A DNA stretch of 64,000 nt, taken from IMG/VR virus record IMGVR_UViG_3300010400_000001, positions 64,001 to 128,000 of that record; one strand, 5' to 3'. Under the pieces are notes generated by a model, which worked only from the letters and a program-made list of their open reading frames with translations, made no database searches and was not told the origin of the DNA. The first letter of the stretch is position 1. Each line of letters starts with the position of its first letter. A program made the position numbers and the translations under genes. Of the stretch, positions 57,974 through 64,000 are shown piece by piece. The stretch comes from a virus.

Positions 57974-59586
57974 TTTGGGCGTCTCGCGCGACGATGGTTT
58001 CGCAGCGTGGTTTGCAATCCGGCGTTCTCCAGCGCGCGCGCATAGCCCTTGCCCAGCGTGGTGAGTCGATAGCCGAACCGATCGCGTGAGCTGTCCGTGC
58101 ATGCCGCGAGCCCGTGGGCTGCGAGAATTCTCAGGGTGGCGAGATTCTTGCGAGGAAAGTACCAGGTGCCGTCCTTGTTCCGATTCGGCTCGGCGAGCTC
58201 TAGGAGCATGCGGCACTGGGGTAGCGATAGCTTCACCCTGGTGGTCTGCACGAGTATTCCAGTAACCGGCTCGTCCGCTGTAGCGGATTGCGACCGCTTC
58301 ATGGCTGCACCGGAGACCGTGCTGGTTCGCTCACCCATTGCGCATGTCTCGGCGACGCCGAGTTCGGCGTCCACTGCAGCGAGTCGGATCCATCAAACGC
58401 CGGCACCCGAAGTGCCCAGCAGTCACGGCACTTCTCGAGTACGGTGCCAACGTCCACGAACCCGGTGCGAGCATGCGAGCATCCTTGAAACCGGCGCGAC
58501 GCGGCAAGGTATTCGCGATCCCACTTCCAGAACAGGAACTGAGCGTGCGCCTGACTGAGTAGGCTCTGCAGCAGCGACTGCTTCATGAGTCGGGCCCCGC
58601 TAGCCGGTAGCCGGCGTCCGTCGCGTGCAGAATGGCCTCTTCGCGCGTGGCAAAAGCGCCCACGCTTCCTTCGTCGCGGTACTCGTCGTCCCAGTAGTAC
58701 CAGCCCGGCCCGTCATGCGCGTTGTCAGCGTCATTGAAGTACTGTAGCTCGGCGAGCGGCTGCTCTTCGAGCATGCCGGTGTGGCCACAGTTGGCGCAGC
58801 CCTTGCCGGCGCAGCACGTGGAGGGGGCATCCGATATCGTCATGTCCCTGTCTGTCTCACGATGTTCCCGTCGTCGTCTCGCTTGTTGCCGAATGGATCG
58901 AAGCCCGTGCATGCCGCGCGAAGACCCCAGCCGACGCCCTTCATGCAGTAGCCGGGCTCGACGAGGCCGAGCTCGAGAGCGAGTGCGACGCCGGCGTCGG
59001 TCGGCTCGAAGAGCGCCACGTCGCCCTCGACTTCGCCGTCGATGTCGTAGCCCATGCACCGGAACTGAAGAAGCCCGCGCGCGACTAGCGAGTCGACGGT
59101 CCGGTGCTGCCCGGAGCCGCGCGGAAAGACGCACGGCGCGCCCCACGTGTCGGCGATGTGGCAGCAGCGAAAGCAGCCCGCGAGCATGCCTTTTTGTCGG
59201 TCAGAGAGAGAAAACTTCATGACGGTAGACTGTTGAGCTCTTTGATCATCCATCCGTTGCGCCGCATTGCCTCGGCTGCTTTTGCCCAGACGGCGCCGAT
59301 TTGAAGCGGAGCACGCGAGGACATTGAAGCCACTCGTCCTTGGATGACAAGAACGAAGAAGGCGCCGCCGTCCGTGTGAAGTATCTGAAACCAGGTCATC
59401 GGATTTTCGGCCTCCGTTCTTGCATCCGTGCACGGGCCAGGATGATCTCCTGCTCGGTGCGCTGCGTGATGGCCCCATGCCAGACGCCGAGCTTATTCGC
59501 CGCCTCGCGAAGCGAGCGCGAGCTGTCGAGTGCCCGAACGACCTCACGGGTGGTCACGATACGAGGGCGGCCGCGCGCGGGAGCGA

Positions 59587-60072
59587 TCAAGAGCGCTTCC
59601 CTCCTTCGCCGTCAGCGAAGTACCGCTCGGCGCCTCCGAGACCCGGGCCCTCGATGCGCTCGTCGGGAGCCTTGAGCCCGGGATGGCGAAGCGGATCGAT
59701 TGTTTCCCAGCGCCCATCCTCGGTCTCGTAGTCGAGAAAGAGAGTCCAGGAGCGATCGTAGCGTGCCGCCACGAACCGACAGCAGATCCCTAGGCTTCCG
59801 GCGAGCGCCGCAACGAAGATGCAGGCGTCATCGACATCCACGGTGTTTCCAGGCGTGCGCGGCATCGAGCCCAAAACCTCGGTGGGATCCGGAGCATATC
59901 GGAACCGACGGTGGAGTTCGTCCACGAGGAGTCGCATCGTGTCGCGACGATTCGAGCTCGAGGCCGTTACCTCGAGCGCCAGGACGTGAACGTCCGGACT
60001 GGCGCGTTCTCGCATGGCCACAGTGGCTAGCGCGGCGAGTTGTTCGTCGAGCGCTACGGGCCGCGTGCTCAC
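59587..60072 (-). CDS. Transglutaminase-like protein with degenerate catalytic triad
   Basis: FRYAPDP, VDVDDAC (catalytic Cys position is Val), SWTLF (His lost), WETIDP. Confidence 0.65.
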   Translation of the reverse strand: MSTRPVALDEQLAALATVAMRERASPDVHVLALEVTASSSNRRDTMRLLVDELHRRFRYAPDPTEVLGSMPRTPGNTVDVDDACIFVAALAGSLGICCRFVAARYDRSWTLFLDYETEDGRWETIDPLRHPGLKAPDERIEGPGLGGAERYFADGEGGKRS

Positions 60073-60398
60073 GATACGAACCCCATGAGCATCCCCATGA
60101 TGCTGTCGTCCGCGTCGTCCGCCCACGCGGGCATCACTTGACCCGGGCCTCCAGAGAGAACGATGCGGACCATGTCGGCGAGCTCTGTCAGAATCTCGAC
60201 ACGGTCAGGGGCTCCTCCCTCAAGAAGGTCCGGAAGTTTTACGAGCGCCGCTTCGACGAGCGTTCGGCGAAACATGAGCTGCATGGCAGGAATGCCGTTG
60301 AATTCGTAGCTCAGCGAAACGTAGGGCTCGTCGAGCCACACGCGTACGCAGGAATTCACCGGAGGTTTGTTGGATTCAGTCATCGATCGACCGCGCCC

Positions 60399-61222
60399 CT
60401 GACAATGGACGCCTGTTACGAAGTCTATTCCGAAGTGTCATCCGATCAGCTCACGCCGCTGATAATCGCCGCCCATCACGAGGTGCTACTGGACCTGACA
60501 ATCGCTGCCCGTCACGAGAGGTACCGCGCCTGACAAGCGCCGCCCGTCACGAAGCGACTTTCGAGACCGCTGCGGTCGTCGACCGAACGACTTCGGGGTC
60601 GAGCGATTGACAAGCGTCGCCCGTCACGAAGGTGCTTTCTCCTCCGCAAAGCCGCGGAGGAAACAAATGGAGAATTGACATCTGACAAGCGCCGCCCGTC
60701 ACGAGGTGACTCGCGAGTGACGGAGCGTTCTCTGCTCGCAGCGTCAGAGCAACGACTGACAACTCGGCGTCCGTCACGAGGTGCCTCCCAAGAGCTCGGT
60801 GCGCGCGTTGCTTCCGTGGTCGCACCAGTCTGACAAGCGCCGCCCGTCACGAGGTGCCCCCTCGCCCGTTGAACGGGAAGCGTCGTACGATGACGCCCGG
60901 GTACTGATAAGCGGCGCCCGTCACGAGATTCCCCTCGAGCGGGTCGTGCTCGTACAAGTCACCTTCTGACAAGCGTCGCCCGTCACGAGGTGCCCCTCGC
61001 TCCGGCGAGCGACATGCGACTGCACCCAGGGGCGAACCTCTGACAAGCGCCGCCCGTCACGAGGTGCCCCCCGCTTTCGCCAGCGCGAACACACCGGTGG
61101 CGACGAGAGTCGTCTGACAAGCGCCGCCCGTCACGAGGTGCCCCCCGCTGCGCGATCAGCGCAGATCCCAGGAGACTGACTATGGCCTGACAAGCGCCGC
61201 CCGTCACGAGGTGCCCCCCGCT
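60399..61222 (-). CRISPR. CRISPR-like array of 13 repeats. Consensus 36 nt on the minus strand: AGCGGGGGGCACCTCGTGACGGGCGGCGCTTGTCAG. Spacers mostly 37-38 nt.
   Basis: Plus-strand repeat starts 60399, 60459, 60495, 60530, 60607, 60682, 60756, 60830, 60904, 60966, 61040, 61114, 61187; period mostly 73-77 nt; the three gene-proximal repeats are identical and the rest decay distally; 3' hairpin TGACGGGC/GCTTGTCA has G-U pairs only on the minus strand. Confidence 0.85.
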
Positions 61223-63012
61223 CGGTGCGCCAGGAGACCTGGAAACTCGCTGCGTTGGGGCTCGATTTGCGAGCGGTTCGGATCGTCGGCTCCGAACAAG
61301 GCCGTATCCAGGCCGAATTGCCTAGATCCTAGATGGGCGTCACCAGACTGCTCGAAAGGAACTTCGTGATAGGCGTCGATTGGTCGCACTGAGTGCGACG
61401 CTCCGGAAACCCGATTGCCGGGGCCTGGGGCGCTTGTTACGTCGCCATGCGGGGCCGTGACAGAGGATTTCTCCTCCGCCCGTGCCGTCCGCTTCCGCCG
61501 GCCGTTATCCCCTTTCGGGGGTTTCAAACCCGCGCTCCGCGGGCCTGCTGCTGGGTCGCCCGAAGGCGCCCGGTAGTTCAATAGATTGATCGCCGAATTG
61601 TCGTCGCGATCTTCCTGATACCCGCACGTCGGGCACATGAACGTCGGATAGCCGGCGTTCGTGTCGCGCACGGCATTACAGGCCGAGCATCGGTTCGTCG
61701 TCGGCTCCTCTATCGGAACGAGCTCGAGGCGACCGCCGGCCCACGCCTGCTTGTACTCGAGCCGTCGCCTGAGATCTCCCATGCGAGCGGCGTGAACATT
61801 TTTGGCAAGTCGGTTTCGAGTGCGCGCGGCGTCTCCGCGCTTTCCGGCGCGCGAGAGCATCTTCGCAATGCCGGGTCCTCGCATCCGGACGGTCTCGGCG
61901 CCCATGTCGGCGATCTGACGAGCGGCCTTGCCGCAGACGTCGTCGCGAAGGGATTTGATGCGCGCGTGGTAATGAGCGACTCGCATGGCCGCTTCTTTCC
62001 AGCCCTGGCTTTGGTCGCGGGTTTTCACCCCGTCCTTCCATCGGCGAGCCATCCGCCGTTCCCACCGCTTGCGAAGCATCTCGAACTTGTCGATGCGCCG
62101 GTCGTCCCGAAGTGGCGAGTGCCACACGTGCCCCGCGCGCTCGCCGGTGGAAGCAACGGCAAGAACACGGACTCCGACTTCTACGCCGAGCTCCCTGCCG
62201 GGGACTCGCTTGGTCTGGTGCATCGCGAGAGCACGCCCGGGACCGCGCTTTTGCGGAAAGGGGCGAGGGACTTCGCATCGAAGTGCGACGTACCAGCGGC
62301 CGTCCTTCTCGGATACGCCGAGCCCGCATGCTTTGCCACCGCCGATGAAGCGATGAGAGTTTTCCTCGGTGACCGGAAGGTAGCCGCGTTCCTTCATTCT
62401 CACCCAGCCGACGCCAGGGATTTTGACTGCGCGCTCCGTCACTCGAATCGGATCGGGTTGGTCACTGTGATAGCTCGCGCGCTGCCGCCCGCGAAACCGC
62501 GGCGGTCCGGCGCTCGCGTAGCGGCCGGCCTTGAGGTGCTCGAAGAAGTGCTTCCAGCCGTCCGCGACGTCGAGCACGGCTTCGCGGATGGCGAATGCAG
62601 AGAGCTCAGAGAGCCAGCCAAAGCGCTCGGGTTGCTCTTCCTTGGCGGAGACGAGCTGCGAGTACCAGTCGACTCGACCAGCGCGGAAGTCAGGAAGCTG
62701 TACGCCCGAGGCAGGGCGATAGCGGTAGCGCGAGCCCGCCTCTGATTTCGGCGTACGCACCTTCACGGGCTCGCCGCGAATGAGAGCTGCAAGGCAGTAG
62801 CCGAAGAGAGCCGCAGCCTCCCCGCCTTTGGCGTCGATGCCCGCGAGCGCCCGGCAGCCGAGCGCGACCCCGCGGGTCCCGTCGAGCTCTTTCCATTTTT
62901 CCAAGGCCCAGTTGTGGGCCACTCGCGCGCCGGCGACATGTCGCGCGAGCACGACCCGCTGCTCGTCAGTCGGATCGAGCTCGGTCTTGTAGGCGCGGAG
63001 AATGGTGGTCAT
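61204..63012 (-). CDS. tnpB: TnpB/Cas12-like RNA-guided protein, predicted nuclease-dead
   Basis: N-terminal RAYKTELDPTDEQ...GARVAHNWAL; PPRFR; VKIPGVGWV; DGRWYV; RuvC-I LGVEVGV (D to E); RuvC-II TVRMRGP (E lost); LEYK; Zn ribbon CSAC...CPTC; RuvC-III DRDDNSAINL; about 120 aa low-complexity tail. Confidence 0.88.
   Translation of the reverse strand: MTTILRAYKTELDPTDEQRVVLARHVAGARVAHNWALEKWKELDGTRGVALGCRALAGIDAKGGEAAALFGYCLAALIRGEPVKVRTPKSEAGSRYRYRPASGVQLPDFRAGRVDWYSQLVSAKEEQPERFGWLSELSAFAIREAVLDVADGWKHFFEHLKAGRYASAGPPRFRGRQRASYHSDQPDPIRVTERAVKIPGVGWVRMKERGYLPVTEENSHRFIGGGKACGLGVSEKDGRWYVALRCEVPRPFPQKRGPGRALAMHQTKRVPGRELGVEVGVRVLAVASTGERAGHVWHSPLRDDRRIDKFEMLRKRWERRMARRWKDGVKTRDQSQGWKEAAMRVAHYHARIKSLRDDVCGKAARQIADMGAETVRMRGPGIAKMLSRAGKRGDAARTRNRLAKNVHAARMGDLRRRLEYKQAWAGGRLELVPIEEPTTNRCSACNAVRDTNAGYPTFMCPTCGYQEDRDDNSAINLLNYRAPSGDPAAGPRSAGLKPPKGDNGRRKRTARAEEKSSVTAPHGDVTSAPGPGNRVSGASHSVRPIDAYHEVPFEQSGDAHLGSRQFGLDTALFGADDPNRSQIEPQRSEFPGLLAHRAGGTS
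61357..61386 (-). ncRNA. Anti-repeat (tracrRNA/omegaRNA-like segment) inside the 3' end of the TnpB-like gene
   Basis: Plus strand AGGAACTTCGTGATAGGCGTCGATTGGTCG is an inverted, diverged copy of the repeat, so the minus-strand transcript can pair with the repeat RNA. Confidence 0.6.
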
Positions 63013-63956
63013 GGATCGTTTCCGCCGAGAGCACGAGACGCTTCGGTGAGCCAGTCGGGAACGGACAATTCCGACGGGCTCTTGGCCAGAGTGTACGAGT
63101 CGACGACGCCCTGCACAAGTTTTTCGAGGCGCGCGATCTCTTTGGCAGGGACATGTCTGGCGGCCTTTAGGCCGCCGAGGACCTTCCTCGCGTCTTCGCA
63201 GTGCTTTTCGAAAGTCATGTTCCGGGCCGGGGCATCCCGGCTATCGGCAATGAGCTGCTCGATGACGGCAAGGACGGTGCGTTCGGCGTCGTCCAGTACG
63301 GCATCGGTCACGGCGCTTCGGTTCTCTTCGTTGTCCAAGATCTCGACGACGGAGGCTCGAAGGCCCGTACGCGCGGCCGGGTCGTAGAACTCTTTCCGAA
63401 TCGCGCGAAGGGCGCCAATCACGCGATCGGCAGTCGGCTCTCCGGCAAGGAGGATGTAGCTCCCTTTGGTGATGAACCGGAAGGCTCGCGATTCCTCGAT
63501 CATGTAGGATACGGCACGTGAGACGGCGCCGGTGTTGGCGTGCGTCACGAGCCGTTCTGCTTTCTGCCGGAGCTCGTCAGCGAACGCGCGGCAGTCGGCG
63601 AGATCTTGTCCGTGCGCAGGCCCGGAAGTGAAGATCCCCTCCTTCGTCGAATACACGCGTGCGCCGGGCACGCTCTCTGCTCGCTCCCGTCCGTGCTGGA
63701 CGAGGCGCTCTACTTGAAACGAGGCGATGTGACTGCCGTCGCGCCCGACGAGCGCCGAGACGCGAAGGCCATCCCGCCTCTGCGTCCCGATGCCCGCCGC
63801 TGTCGCGGCGAGGGCCCGGTGGCGATCGAACTCTCGGAGGCGCCGCGCCGATCTCGAGAAGTCGTAGAGCGCGAAGACCCTGGCGAGCGATTCGCGATCG
63901 ACGTCGGTGAAACCCGGATAGGTGACACCGGTCTGGTAGGCGAGGACTTTGGACAT
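63009..63956 (-). CDS. Hypothetical protein (315 aa) translationally coupled to the TnpB-like gene
   Basis: Clean ORF; its stop overlaps the tnpB ATG (ATGA). Confidence 0.7.
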   Translation of the reverse strand: MSKVLAYQTGVTYPGFTDVDRESLARVFALYDFSRSARRLREFDRHRALAATAAGIGTQRRDGLRVSALVGRDGSHIASFQVERLVQHGRERAESVPGARVYSTKEGIFTSGPAHGQDLADCRAFADELRQKAERLVTHANTGAVSRAVSYMIEESRAFRFITKGSYILLAGEPTADRVIGALRAIRKEFYDPAARTGLRASVVEILDNEENRSAVTDAVLDDAERTVLAVIEQLIADSRDAPARNMTFEKHCEDARKVLGGLKAARHVPAKEIARLEKLVQGVVDSYTLAKSPSELSVPDWLTEASRALGGNDP

Positions 63957-64000
63957 GGCGAAGCGGCGCGTTTCTAGAGCGCCTTGTCGAAGTGTTGGAC

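Larger units (their letters stand above)
52058..60383 (-). other. Leftward cluster of small accessory genes (e.g. 52058-52396, 52712-53125, 54175-54678, 55012-55317, 55522-55929, 55926-56348, 56345-56665, 56913-57230, 58299-58586, 58840-59220, 59217-59399, 59396-59590, 60069-60383)
   Basis: Overlapping minus-strand ORFs converging on the structural block. Confidence 0.7.

Noticed and set aside
60512-61207. Short ORFs across the array (MTGGACQ... repeats)
   Set aside because: They are translations of the repeat itself, with no independent coding support.
60399-61222. Self-targeting of spacers within this window
   Set aside because: Only generic SD-like similarity (e.g. CCAGGAGA near 9530) was seen. 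A manual search is not exhaustive, so no match is claimed.
60399-61222. TIGR-Tas array
   Set aside because: No Nop-domain protein nearby and no clear box C/D dual-repeat structure; a single repeat type adjoins a TnpB-like gene.
61204-63012. Active IS200/IS605 or IS607 insertion sequence
   Set aside because: No tnpA or serine recombinase, altered RuvC residues, translational coupling to the upstream gene and an attached array argue for domestication.

Overview
GC-rich window that reads as most of a large bacteriophage or virus-like element. I see no rRNA, tRNA or host housekeeping operons. Layout: (i) a minus-strand run of about 25 small, tightly overlapping accessory genes (1-9520); (ii) a plus-strand replication and nucleotide module: RHH regulator, initiator-like protein with a palindromic origin-like region, DnaC-like loader, DnaB helicase, RuvC-like resolvase, DUF3310, ThyX, Nudix; (iii) a ~26 kb plus-strand morphogenesis-like module with no recognisable terminase, portal or tail genes. 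It holds a transglutaminase-like Cys protease, many small C-terminally membrane-anchored proteins sharing a hydrophobic-x-G-[LIMV]-G motif, peptidoglycan-binding proteins, an extremely Arg-rich core-like protein, candidate beta-rich capsid proteins and a collagen-like fibre, which suggests a tailless, membrane-containing virion; (iv) a minus-strand accessory run (HD hydrolase, FkbM methyltransferase, an apparently inactive transglutaminase paralogue). Top finding, at the right end: a TnpB-like protein (61204-63012) with two of three RuvC catalytic residues altered, whose 3' end overlaps a 13-repeat CRISPR-like array (60399-61222). An anti-repeat (tracr-like) sits inside its own coding tail, no cas1/cas2/tnpA is present, the spacers carry hairpins, and some spacers resemble promoter or RBS regions. 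This is a candidate virus-encoded, multiplexed RNA-guided regulator at the TnpB-to-Cas12 transition. All calls are by eye; no database searches were run.
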